The notes: generated by a model from the letters alone, not told the origin. Shown: positions 31,700 through 40,824, counted from the stretch's first letter. The stretch: 64,000 nucleotides of DNA from Alphaproteobacteria bacterium (GCA_965228895.1 OZ245842.1:4384001-4448000), one strand, 5' to 3'. A program made the numbers and translations.

Positions 31700-32347
31700 T
31701 CAGATGTAATCCCACGCCACAAGAGCGAGCGCGTAGAGACCGAAGCCGGCGATCACCAGACCGGAAATGCGGTTAAGCCAGCGCAGGCCGCGGTCGGTGA
31801 AACGCTGGCGGAAGGTTGCCGTGATGCTGGCCAGAAAGGCCCACCACGCGAGCGCACCGGCAAAAACCCCGATGATCAGGACCCAAGCGTCGAACAGCCC
31901 CTCGGTTTGAACGGAGACGCTGGTGGCGGCAAAGATCGAGATGAACGCCAGAATGGTGATCGGGTTGACGATGGTGACGATGAAGGCCGAGCCCAGTGCC
32001 TGAGCCAAGGTAGCGTGATCGACCCTCAGTGTCTGGGCTTCCTCCTCCGAGCGGCGCAGCTTCTTGCGCGCAAAGATGCCAAGGACGCCCATGACGATCA
32101 GGATAACGCCGCCGACCAGACGTACGGTGTTCTGGTGATCGGTCAGGAAGGTCTGGACGAAGGCGACCGAGAACATGGCGAGCGCGCCGAATACCGTATC
32201 GGCAATCGCCGCGCCGAGACCCGTGACATAACCCGTCAGGCGGCCATCGGTCAGGGTTCGCTGAATACAAAGGACGGCGACCGGCCCGACCGGCGCCGCC
32301 ACAAGAAATCCGATTACAGCGCCCATAACAACGGCGGAAAAATCCAT
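31700..32347 (-). CDS. LysE-family translocator
   Basis: AAPVGPVAVLCIQRT, GLGAAIAD, NPITI. Confidence 0.88.
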   Translation of the reverse strand: MDFSAVVMGAVIGFLVAAPVGPVAVLCIQRTLTDGRLTGYVTGLGAAIADTVFGALAMFSVAFVQTFLTDHQNTVRLVGGVILIVMGVLGIFARKKLRRSEEEAQTLRVDHATLAQALGSAFIVTIVNPITILAFISIFAATSVSVQTEGLFDAWVLIIGVFAGALAWWAFLASITATFRQRFTDRGLRWLNRISGLVIAGFGLYALALVAWDYI

Positions 32348-32431
32348 CAAAACGCCCCGAACATGCCCGCCGGCCAGCCCCCAACGTGTACAGGCTGAGG
32401 CCGCAGCTTGCAAACCCGGCGGCATCCTGCC

Positions 32432-32445
32432 TTGCTCTACATCAA
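32432..32445 (+). promoter_or_regulatory. Probable FnrL/FixK box upstream of usp
   Basis: TTGCT-CTAC-ATCAA, one mismatch to TTGAT-N4-ATCAA, 65 nt upstream of the usp ATG. Confidence 0.6.
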
Positions 32446-32509
32446 TGCGTCATGGTGAAGACAATTGCACGTTATGATAATGCGTGACGTGGGATAGAAG
32501 GAGAACACC

Positions 32510-33337
32510 ATGACCCTGCGCAACATCCTGGTCCATGTGGCCGAAGACGAACGCTGCGGCGAACGCGTCGCTCTGGCGTGTGATCTGGCGGCAAAAAACG
32601 ACGGTATGGTGACCGGGCTGTTCGTCAGGCCGTACCCGATTATTGTGCCGGCGATGCCGCCGGGCGGAGCGGTGACCGTGGTCGAGGACCTGGTCGAGGT
32701 CTATGACGCCTCGTCGAAGCGCACAAAGAAGGCTTTTGACGAGCTGACATCGGCTAAGGGCGTCCGGGCGCAATGGCACAGTGACCAGGGCGAGACCGAT
32801 GAATGCTTGGCGTTTCACGCCCGCTACAGTGATCTTGTCGTGGTCGGCCAATGGTCGCCGGACGACCCTGCCGAGGCCGGGACGGTCGATCTGGGCGGCG
32901 CTGTGGCGCTTGGCGCCGGCCGGCCGGTGCTTATCGTGCCTTATGCCGGCAAGTTCACGGCCGACTGGAAACGCATCATGGTGGCGTGGGATTCCAGCCG
33001 TGCCGCGACCCGCGCGGTCCACGACGCGCTCGACTTCATGAAGGCGGCCGAACAGGTCGACATCGTGTGTGTCGACGCCGATCAATCGGAAGACCGCGAT
33101 CCCGGCGCCGACATCGCCGCCCATCTGGCCCAGCACGGGATCAAGGCCAAGGCCCATCATGTGACCCGCGGCAGCCTGACCACCGCCGAGACGCTGAACT
33201 CAACGGCGTCCGACATGGATAGCGACCTGCTGGTCATGGGCGCCTATGGCCACACGCGCCTGACCGAGATCGTCTTCGGCGGCGTCAGCCGGAACCTGCT
33301 GCAGCACATGACACTGCCGATCTTGATGTCCCACTAG
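32510..33337 (+). CDS. Universal stress protein (tandem USP domains)
   Basis: ARYSDLVVVGQ, GRPVLIVP, VAWDSSRAATRA, DLLVMGAYGH, PILMSH. Confidence 0.92.
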   Translation: MTLRNILVHVAEDERCGERVALACDLAAKNDGMVTGLFVRPYPIIVPAMPPGGAVTVVEDLVEVYDASSKRTKKAFDELTSAKGVRAQWHSDQGETDECLAFHARYSDLVVVGQWSPDDPAEAGTVDLGGAVALGAGRPVLIVPYAGKFTADWKRIMVAWDSSRAATRAVHDALDFMKAAEQVDIVCVDADQSEDRDPGADIAAHLAQHGIKAKAHHVTRGSLTTAETLNSTASDMDSDLLVMGAYGHTRLTEIVFGGVSRNLLQHMTLPILMSH

Positions 33338-33365
33338 GGCGTTATTCGTTTAGACGATCTCGGCA

Positions 33366-33466
33366 CCAGCCCACTCCCCCCGCCCGGCCACCCATGGCAG
33401 CATCCTCGGGGTGACCTCGGCGAAAACGCCTGTTGGCGTTTTGCCCCGGAGGTGGGGGAGTCTGGC
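33366..33466. repeat. REP-like palindrome (family shared with 36160-36230) carrying an internal hairpin
   Basis: ctccccc.gcccggccacccatggcagcatcct.ggggtg matches the reverse complement of the 36160 element; lies between convergent genes. Confidence 0.75.
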
Positions 33467-33511
33467 GTTGCCAGTTGACCAGATTGTGCCCGAGACACGA
33501 TCGGAGATAAG

Positions 33512-34252
33512 TCACGCGATCAGGCGTCGGCGCCACAGGGAGCGATAGGGACCCCGGCAGGCCTCGGCGATGGCTTCCAGATCGTCAGGCAGGTCGATGG
33601 TCTTGGGTTCGTAGGGCCGAAAACCCGTTGATGCCTCGACACTGGCGTACCAATGCGCCGACCAGACACCGTCGCTCGGGCGCGGCCCCTGGGGCCAGGA
33701 CAGCATGGCGTCGTCGAACGGGACCTCGAGCGCATCACAAAGCGCCCTGAGCATCGCCTCGGGATTGCGCAGTACGTCGGCCGCATCGATGACCGGCGGC
33801 GTCTGACCTGTGCGTTCGACCACCTCGTCATAGAGCTCGGCCTGCAGCGCGGCGCCCAGGTCTGCGGGTGTCACGCTGGCACGCTTGGCCGCATAGGAGG
33901 CCAGCATTTCGCTGGGATCGCGGATCAGGAAGGCGTGTTTGACATGGCGGAACCAGTCCCGGTCGACCTCCGGGATCATGTGGTGGGTCATGTGTTTCTG
34001 GTACCAGATGTCCACGCCACCGGGCCCGGGTCCGACGATATCGGCCACAACCTCCCCCCAGTTGTTGGGCTGGGAGGCGATCACTTCGTCGCGCATGGGA
34101 TGCTCGATACCGGTGGTCTTCAGATAGTGGGCGTAGAACGGCTCATCGATGACCTTCGTATCGGCCCGGTTCTCCCACGACCGCATCATCGCCGTCGAGA
34201 TGTTCCGTGGTCCCGACCACATGGCGATGCGAACCGTCACGACGCCGGGCAC
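33512..34252 (-). CDS. Sulfotransferase-fold protein partnered with a class IV aminotransferase
   Basis: WSGPRNISTAMMRSW (PAPS-loop-like), DEPFY, YQKHMTHH, FLIRDP. Confidence 0.8.
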   Translation of the reverse strand: MPGVVTVRIAMWSGPRNISTAMMRSWENRADTKVIDEPFYAHYLKTTGIEHPMRDEVIASQPNNWGEVVADIVGPGPGGVDIWYQKHMTHHMIPEVDRDWFRHVKHAFLIRDPSEMLASYAAKRASVTPADLGAALQAELYDEVVERTGQTPPVIDAADVLRNPEAMLRALCDALEVPFDDAMLSWPQGPRPSDGVWSAHWYASVEASTGFRPYEPKTIDLPDDLEAIAEACRGPYRSLWRRRLIA

Positions 34253-35157
34253 TCCCGTTCGATCAGGTCGCCATAGAGCGCACGCAGGCGCGTCGTCACC
34301 GCACCGGGCATGGCGCCCTGGCCAATGCTGCGGCCGTCGACCGATGCGACCGGCGTCAGGCCCGCGAAGGTACCGGTGATGAAGGCCTCGTCGGCGTCAT
34401 AAACCTCGGTCAGGCTAAAGTCTTTTTCGAAGGCCTTGATGCCGTTCTCCGCACACAAGTCGAGCACGTTCCGCCGTGTGATGCCGTGCAGGCAGTAGCG
34501 GCCTGTCGAGGTCCAGACTTCGCCGCCGCGCACGACAAAAAAATGCGTGGAGTTGCAGGTCGCCACGAAACCGTGGGGGTCCAGCATCAACGCCTCGTCG
34601 GCGCCGGCCTTGGCAGCCTGGATGCACGCGGTGATGCAGTTGAGCTTGCTGTGGCTGTTCAGCATGGGGTCCTGGACGTCCGGCGCGCCGCGCCGCACGT
34701 GGACGGTGAACAGGCTGACACCGCCCTCGCGTTCGGCGGCTTCCTTGTATTCGGGGATCATGACGATGGTCGCGCCGCCGATATTGACGCGCGGATCCTG
34801 ATAAGGCGTCGCCTTCAGACCCCGGGTCACCATTAGCCGGATGTGCACGCCAGACGTCATGCCGTTTGCGTTGACCGTCTTGTCGATCTCGCCTGCCAGT
34901 TGGTCCGGCGTCATGCCGATGTCGAGATCGATGGCCTTGGCGCCCTGGTAGAGCCGTCGGAGATGCTGGTCGAGAAATGCCACCTTGCCGTTGTGCAAGC
35001 GCAAACCTTCCCAGACGCCGTCGCCCAGGATGAAGCCGGAATCAAACACGCTGACCCGCGCCTCGTCACGCGGCACGATGTCGCCGTTGACGTAGATCTG
35101 GATGTCCGCATTGCGCGGATCGTCGACATAGTGATGGGTTCCGCGATCAGCGGTCAT
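34237..35157 (-). CDS. Class IV PLP aminotransferase (BCAT/D-amino acid aminotransferase-like)
   Basis: SVFDSGFILGDGVWEGLR, HSK, DEALMLD, LHGITR, ADEAFITGT. Confidence 0.9.
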   Translation of the reverse strand: MTADRGTHHYVDDPRNADIQIYVNGDIVPRDEARVSVFDSGFILGDGVWEGLRLHNGKVAFLDQHLRRLYQGAKAIDLDIGMTPDQLAGEIDKTVNANGMTSGVHIRLMVTRGLKATPYQDPRVNIGGATIVMIPEYKEAAEREGGVSLFTVHVRRGAPDVQDPMLNSHSKLNCITACIQAAKAGADEALMLDPHGFVATCNSTHFFVVRGGEVWTSTGRYCLHGITRRNVLDLCAENGIKAFEKDFSLTEVYDADEAFITGTFAGLTPVASVDGRSIGQGAMPGAVTTRLRALYGDLIERECPAS

Positions 35158-35250
35158 TATCCTTCCCCGGCATTGCCCAACCGACCACGGTCAGAATAGG
35201 CTCTAGATTGTACCGCCGGGTCAAGACGCTTGGCGAGAAAGCGGGGGACC

Positions 35251-36135
35251 ATGACATCTGTCGAATGCGTGCTCGATGCCAAGGCGGTGCTTGGCGAGTG
35301 CCCGATGTGGCACGACGGCGAGCAGAAGCTCTACTGGGTCGATGCCGAGCGCGGAGAATTACACCGTTTCGACCCTGCCAGCGGCGCAGACGAACACCGC
35401 AAGTTGGCCGACCACATCGGCAGTTTCGCGTTTCGCGAACAGGGTGGCCTGGTGGCCGCGCTCGACAACAGCTTCGCCTATGTCGACTTCGACACCGGTA
35501 CGATCACGCCGATCGCGGACGTCGAGGCGGACAATTCCGGCACCACGTTCAACGACGGCCGCGCCGCGCCCGGCGGCCAGTTCTTCGCCGGCACCATGGG
35601 CGTGCCGATGACGCCGGGCGAGACGCCGGGCGGGTTCTACCGGCTGGACCCCGACGGCTCGGTGACGAAAATCTGCGGCGGCATGGGCACATCGAACGGC
35701 CTTGCCTTCAGCCCGGATGGCCGGACGCTCTATCATTCCGACAGCCTGCCCAGCGTTCAGACCATCTGGGCCTGGGATCACGACCCCGCGACCGGCACTG
35801 TGGAAAATCGCCGGGTGTTCGCCACCACCCACGACCTGCCCGGCAGGCCGGACGGCGGCACGATCGACGCCGAGGGTTTCTATTGGTCGGCCAATGTGGA
35901 CGGTTGGCAGATCATCCGGTTCGCACCCGACGGCTCGGTTGACCGCACCATCGCCATGCCGGTGCAGAAACCGTCCATGCCCTGCTTCGGCGGTCCCGAC
36001 CTCGACATCCTCTATGTGACGTCGATCAGCGACGGCGGCTACGCGCCGATGGCGCCCGACCAGCCCCTAGCGGGCGGTCTCTTCGCCTGCCGGCCGGGCG
36101 TCAAGGGACTGCCGACGGCACGCTTCGCCGGTTAA
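35251..36135 (+). CDS. SMP-30/gluconolactonase family protein
   Basis: LGECPMW, FNDG, SNGLAFSPDG, PDGGTID, FGG. Confidence 0.9.
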   Translation: MTSVECVLDAKAVLGECPMWHDGEQKLYWVDAERGELHRFDPASGADEHRKLADHIGSFAFREQGGLVAALDNSFAYVDFDTGTITPIADVEADNSGTTFNDGRAAPGGQFFAGTMGVPMTPGETPGGFYRLDPDGSVTKICGGMGTSNGLAFSPDGRTLYHSDSLPSVQTIWAWDHDPATGTVENRRVFATTHDLPGRPDGGTIDAEGFYWSANVDGWQIIRFAPDGSVDRTIAMPVQKPSMPCFGGPDLDILYVTSISDGGYAPMAPDQPLAGGLFACRPGVKGLPTARFAG

Positions 36136-36159
36136 GACCTCTTTGAGCGCGGTCGCCTG

Positions 36160-36230
36160 GCCGGCCCGCTCCCCCACCCGGCCACCCCAAGGATGCTGCC
36201 ATGGGTGGCCGGGTGGGGGAGCGGGCTGGC
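36160..36230. repeat. REP-like palindrome (28-bp stem, 15-nt loop)
   Basis: gccggcccgctcccccacccggccaccc / gggtggccgggtgggggagcgggctggc; lies between convergent genes. Confidence 0.8.
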
Positions 36231-36245
36231 GATGCCGTCTACAGA

Positions 36246-37142
36246 CTAAGCAGCCTTGGCGATCAGCGTGTGCAGCCGGGCAATGTGCTCGGGCATGGTG
36301 CCGCAGCAACCGCCGACAATACGCGCGCCCTTAGCGATCCATTTCGCGACGTGCGCGGCATAGGCTTTGGCGTCCATGTCGTCACGGTGGGCGATGTTCT
36401 TGGCATTCGGGTCGATGGGATGGAACGTGTTCGCGTAGCCGCCGGTTGGCGTTCCCAAAGCCAGCAGCGCCGGCAGGCCGCGCGTGACCGCCTCCGGCGA
36501 ACAGCAATTGGCAAGGAAGACGGAGACCGCGCCGCCCTCGACGGAAGCCGCGGCGTCATTAATCGGCGTGCCGTCCTTCAGGCAGCCATCCTTTGCCTCG
36601 TGCAGCGACCAGCCGATCCAGACCGGTTTGCCGGTCGCCCCGGCGGCCGCCGCAACGGCGCGGGTCTCGGCGATGGTCGTCAGGGTTTCGCCGATGAAGA
36701 AATCGACAAAGGGTGCCAGCAGCGCGGCCTGCTCGGCATAGAGCTCTGTCAGCCGCGTCTCGGCACCGACCATTGCGGGATCATAGCTCGATGACAGCGG
36801 CGGCAGGGAACCGGCAATCAGGATGCCGCGGCCTTGGGCATCACGCGCGGCGACCGCCAGTTCGCCGGCGATCCGGTTGAGATCGCCGAACCGTTCCTCG
36901 TTGCCGATCTCGGCCATGAAGGAACGCACGACGCCATAGGTATTGGTGATGATGGCGTCGGCGCCCGCGTCAATGAACGCTTCGTGCAGTTCCTGCACAA
37001 CATCCGGCGCCTCGATCAGCGCCCGGCCCGACCAGAACGGCGAGCCCTTCTGATTCAACTGACGTTTGGCGATGGCCTCGCCCATGCCGCCGTCCAACAG
37101 GAAGGGACGATCGGCGGGCAGACGAACAGTCGGCATGGTCAT
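36246..37142 (-). CDS. Homocysteine S-methyltransferase family protein
   Basis: LLDGGMG, AGADAIITNTY, ANC and GGCCGT zinc ligands. Confidence 0.9.
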   Translation of the reverse strand: MTMPTVRLPADRPFLLDGGMGEAIAKRQLNQKGSPFWSGRALIEAPDVVQELHEAFIDAGADAIITNTYGVVRSFMAEIGNEERFGDLNRIAGELAVAARDAQGRGILIAGSLPPLSSSYDPAMVGAETRLTELYAEQAALLAPFVDFFIGETLTTIAETRAVAAAAGATGKPVWIGWSLHEAKDGCLKDGTPINDAAASVEGGAVSVFLANCCSPEAVTRGLPALLALGTPTGGYANTFHPIDPNAKNIAHRDDMDAKAYAAHVAKWIAKGARIVGGCCGTMPEHIARLHTLIAKAA

Positions 37143-37254
37143 GGTGTTCCTGCTCTCCGCGATATCGGCGCGCCAAGCCATAGCCGATAAGCCGTTGGTT
37201 GGCATCCCCCGACCATGCCATCATGTGGTCAACCAGAACGGGAGGGACACCACG

Positions 37255-38019
37255 ATGGCGCGCGCCGCGACAACCAGGTCACGCAAACAAAAGAACATTC
37301 ATGCGCTGTGGCTGGCCACCGCGAACACCGCCGCTGTCGAACTCGCCAAGCTGCACGGCTATGACGGCATCTGCCTGGATCTCGAACACGGCGCGTTCAA
37401 CCGCGCGGATGTCGACCTCATGTTCGCCATGACGCGCGGCATGCGGTTGAAGTCCTTCGCGCGCGTCGCTGCGCCGGAACGGATCGAGATCCAGCAGACA
37501 CTGGACTCCGGCGCCGACGGCGTCATCATCCCCCACATCGATAACCTCGAGCACGCGGCGCTCGTGACCGGCTATGCGAAGTACCCGCCGCTCGGCGACC
37601 GCAGCGTCGGCGGCGGGCGCACCTGGGACTGGGGCGATCCGCCCAAGGGCTGGGTCGCCAAGGAAAATCGCCGCGTGATGTGCATGCCGATGATCGAGAC
37701 GGCGGGCGCCTTGGCCGATGTCAAAGAGATCCTGGACCTGCCGACAACCGACGGCCTGTTCCTGGGACCGTTCGACCTGCATATGGCGCGCCGGCCCAAG
37801 GAGCCGTTGGGCAGCCCGGGCGACCTGAAAGACCGCGACCGGGTCGCGCGCGCCGCCAACAAGGCCGGCAAGATTTGGGGCATGAACGTCTATTCCGAGG
37901 ACGACATGAAAGCTGCCAACCGCCTCGGCCTCGGTTTCGCTGCCCTGGTCGACGACATCGCCGCGCTCTCGATGAGCCTGGAGCGCGTGATCGCGGACTC
38001 ACGCCGGATCATCGGCTGA
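37255..38019 (+). CDS. HpcH/HpaI aldolase family protein
   Basis: LDLEHG, LDSGADGVIIP, KYPPLGDRS, MIET, FLGPFDL. Confidence 0.88.
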   Translation: MARAATTRSRKQKNIHALWLATANTAAVELAKLHGYDGICLDLEHGAFNRADVDLMFAMTRGMRLKSFARVAAPERIEIQQTLDSGADGVIIPHIDNLEHAALVTGYAKYPPLGDRSVGGGRTWDWGDPPKGWVAKENRRVMCMPMIETAGALADVKEILDLPTTDGLFLGPFDLHMARRPKEPLGSPGDLKDRDRVARAANKAGKIWGMNVYSEDDMKAANRLGLGFAALVDDIAALSMSLERVIADSRRIIG

Positions 38020-38291
38020 TGGCCCTCTTCGACATGGCCCGCCACGTGCAGGTCAAGGCGCTCTTGGAGAAGCTCGCCGAGGTCGAGGACAGCCTGACGT
38101 TCAATGAGCTGGAGATGGTGCGCCATCTGAAGGCGAAGTACGACGATCCCGGCCCCAATGACTTCGACGACACCACGGTGCTGGAGGTCATCCTGCGCAA
38201 TGTCGAGATCCGCAAGGGTTTCGACATGGACGTCAAGACCGATCCCGGCCGCGTCATCCCGGTCGAACCGCGAAAGAAGGATGAGGACTAA
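38019..38291 (+). CDS. Hypothetical 90-aa protein, translationally coupled to the aldolase
   Basis: TGATG overlap; host-like high-GC3 codon usage; sequence MALFDMARHV...PRKKDED. Confidence 0.65.
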   Translation: MALFDMARHVQVKALLEKLAEVEDSLTFNELEMVRHLKAKYDDPGPNDFDDTTVLEVILRNVEIRKGFDMDVKTDPGRVIPVEPRKKDED

Positions 38292-38397
38292 ATTGTGACT
38301 AACTCCTACTTGGCACTGACACTGAGCATGTCACTTCAAGTGCAAAAGTCAGCGAGAAGAACTATATTTGGTTGAAGATGTACACGGGAGAGGTCGG

Positions 38398-38622
38398 ATG
38401 ACGAAGAAGGGTCAGCATGTTGTGCCAAGTGGCGGGAAATGGAGCGTTCGAAGCGCCGGGGCCAAGCGAGCTAGTGGTACTTTCAACACACAGAAGGAAG
38501 CGATCGACAATGCCCGAGAGAAGGCGCAGAAGCAGGGCACAGAACTGTACATTCACGGTCGCGATGGACGAATACGTGAGCGCAGTTCATTTGGAAATGA
38601 TCCGCATCCACCGAAGGGATAG
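38398..38622 (+). CDS. DUF2188 domain protein
   Basis: HVVP..GKWSV..GAKRAS..F.TQKEAI..ARE.A...TELYIHGRDGRIRER.SFGNDP.PPKG; SD gggagagg. Confidence 0.85.
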   Translation: MTKKGQHVVPSGGKWSVRSAGAKRASGTFNTQKEAIDNAREKAQKQGTELYIHGRDGRIRERSSFGNDPHPPKG

Positions 38623-38625
38623 TCG

Positions 38626-39270
38626 GTGTCTGACCGTCCGTTCGAGCGGTCTGTCTTCGTAAACTGCCCATTCGACAGCGAGTATGCTCCACTTCTTGAA
38701 GCTGCGTTGTTCTGCGTAATCTATTTTGGCTACTCGCCTAGACTTGCTAACGAGCGACTTGAAGCTGGAGAAAACCGCCTCGACAAAATTTGCAAAATGC
38801 TGAGAGAGTCAAAGTACTCCATACATGATCTATCCAGATGCAAAGCTCGAAAGGAGAACGATTCCTTCAGAATGAACATGCCGTTCGAGTTCGGAATCGA
38901 TGTAGGTCTAAGACGCAGTGGAGTTCGACGCTTTCGCGACAAGAAGTTCCTCGTACTTGAGGAAAAACGGTTCGACTTGAAGAGTTCTCTTTCTGACATC
39001 GCGGGGCAGGATGTCGAGTTTCATGGCCGTGACTTTGAGCTTGTGATTAAGAGGGTAAGAGACTTCTTTCGTGTTGAGGCCAATGTCTCCGCGCCGGGTC
39101 GAAAGCGGCTTCTATCTGACTATGTAACCTTTCAGGGCTGGATGACTGAAAAGAAGATCTATGAGGGTCATTCTGAGAGTGATGCCGTGAATCTTCCAAC
39201 ACGCGAACGCCTTGACGAAATGCAGGAATGGGTTGCTTTAGGCAAACCCGAAGACTTTAGACCCATCTAA
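38626..39270 (+). CDS. Uncharacterised protein with NDT/TIR-like (flavodoxin-type) motifs
   Basis: VFVNCPFD, RLDKICKMLRESKYSIHDLS, NMPFEFG, SDIAGQD; low GC. Confidence 0.6.
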   Translation: MSDRPFERSVFVNCPFDSEYAPLLEAALFCVIYFGYSPRLANERLEAGENRLDKICKMLRESKYSIHDLSRCKARKENDSFRMNMPFEFGIDVGLRRSGVRRFRDKKFLVLEEKRFDLKSSLSDIAGQDVEFHGRDFELVIKRVRDFFRVEANVSAPGRKRLLSDYVTFQGWMTEKKIYEGHSESDAVNLPTRERLDEMQEWVALGKPEDFRPI

Positions 39271-39322
39271 CAGACCTAAGGCGCTTCCTAACCCGCTTGC
39301 CTTGTGTAGTTCATGTTTGCCG

Positions 39323-39571
39323 TCAGCCGCCTCTGAGCGGCACCAGGATGGCGAGTTCGTCGCCGTTCTCCAGCGCCTTGGTGGCGCGCTCGGCTTTCGG
39401 CACGGCGGTGCCGTTGACGCTGATCAGATAGGCGCCATCGGGAAAGCCGAGTTTGCTCATGACAAGCTGCGGCGTCGCGCCGTCATCGACGTCGATCTCG
39501 GCCCGGTTGTCCTGGCCGCCGCCCGGCAGGTACTTGGCGTAGGCGCCGGAGACCCTCAATCGCACGATCAT
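39323..39571 (-). CDS. MoaD/ThiS sulfur carrier (AorD-like)
   Basis: Ubiquitin-like, 82 aa, ISVNG, C-terminal PLRGG. Confidence 0.88.
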   Translation of the reverse strand: MIVRLRVSGAYAKYLPGGGQDNRAEIDVDDGATPQLVMSKLGFPDGAYLISVNGTAVPKAERATKALENGDELAILVPLRGG

Positions 39572-40824
39572 GGGTGCTGCAGAACCCCCTGGGTACGTTC
39601 CAGATAGGCGTGCATGATGAGGTGCGGGTCTTCCATCAGGCGATCCTTCCAGGTGCCCAAGGGAACCTCGGTCTGGATCAGGCCGCGCAGCACGCCGACA
39701 TGCTGGGTCAGGCCCAGCGACAGCGAGCCCACCAGCTTGTCGTCCTTGAAGTTCAAACGCAGATAGGTGGAGCGCGCGGAGTCGACGGCGATCGACTCAT
39801 CGCCGCCTTCGGCGCCATCCCACAGGCCGTAGGAGCTTGAGATCAGGCCCAAGGTGTTCAGCACGTTCATGACCAGGCTGCCGCGGTAAGGCGTCTTGTG
39901 GCCGGTCATGTTGCGCGCGGCGATGCGGCCATGCTCGCTTGCCGTCGGCTGGATCGCGTGCACGTCGTAACCGCCGGTCGAGAAGTCCGGACCTTCGGCG
40001 ACGTCGCCGGCGGCATAGACGTTGGCGACAGAGGTCTCCATGAAATGGTTCACCTTGATGCCCGTCGACGTCTCGATGCCGGAGCCGTCCAGGAATGCGA
40101 TGTTGGGCTTGACGCCGGTAGCGCAGACGACGAGGTCCGCGTCCAGGCCCTTGTCGTCGTTGTTGAGCGTCAGGTGCAGACCGTTGGCGCCCTGCTCGAC
40201 CGCATCGACACGGGTCGACGTCAGGACCTTGACGCCCTTGTCTTCACACCAGGCCTTGATGATGTCGCCGCCGGTCTTGTCCATCATGCGCGCGACCATG
40301 CGATCTTCCATTTCGATGACCGTCAGCTCGACACCGCGCGCGACGAGCGCTTCAAGAATAATGCAGCCGATGAAGCCGGCGCCCATCAGGACGACCTTGT
40401 CGCCCTTCTTGGTTTTGCTGACGATGTGGCGGGCGTCTTCCAGCGTCCAACAGGACTCCACGTTGTCGAGATCCATGCCGGGGATCGGCGGCCGCACGGG
40501 GTGCGAACCGGTGGCCAACAGGAGTTTGTCGAAGTTGAGCGAACCGCCGTCTTCAAGCGTGACTTCGCCCTTGTCGGCAGCAACGGAAGCGACGCGGCCA
40601 TGGCGCACGTCGATATTGAGGTTGTCGAAATGGCCGGCGCCGTGGCGCAGATGGGTGCCCTCCTCGACGATGTTCTCGGCCAGAAGATAGGGGATCGCCA
40701 TGCGCGAATAAGGCGCTTCCGGCTCTTCGCCGATCAGCGTGATGCCAGCCGAACGGTCGAGCTTTCTCAGGTTTTCCGCAGCAATCACACCGGCAGGTCC
40801 GGCGCCGACAACGACATGGTTCAT
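39568..40824 (-). CDS. FAD/NAD-dependent oxidoreductase (AorC-like)
   Basis: GAGPAG, PYSR, LLATGS, GAGFIG, VYAAGDVAE. Confidence 0.88.
   Translation of the reverse strand: MNHVVVGAGPAGVIAAENLRKLDRSAGITLIGEEPEAPYSRMAIPYLLAENIVEEGTHLRHGAGHFDNLNIDVRHGRVASVAADKGEVTLEDGGSLNFDKLLLATGSHPVRPPIPGMDLDNVESCWTLEDARHIVSKTKKGDKVVLMGAGFIGCIILEALVARGVELTVIEMEDRMVARMMDKTGGDIIKAWCEDKGVKVLTSTRVDAVEQGANGLHLTLNNDDKGLDADLVVCATGVKPNIAFLDGSGIETSTGIKVNHFMETSVANVYAAGDVAEGPDFSTGGYDVHAIQPTASEHGRIAARNMTGHKTPYRGSLVMNVLNTLGLISSSYGLWDGAEGGDESIAVDSARSTYLRLNFKDDKLVGSLSLGLTQHVGVLRGLIQTEVPLGTWKDRLMEDPHLIMHAYLERTQGVLQHP

Noticed and set aside
33366-36230. Repeats as a possible CRISPR array
   Set aside because: They are isolated palindromes kilobases apart, with no repeat-spacer periodicity and no cas genes.
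37680-38291. 203-aa ORF
   Set aside because: The first ~113 codons overlap the aldolase out of frame; only the portion from ATG 38019 looks coding.
38292-39310. Low-GC insert as an IS or prophage remnant
   Set aside because: No transposase, integrase, terminal inverted repeats or flanking direct repeats were found by eye.
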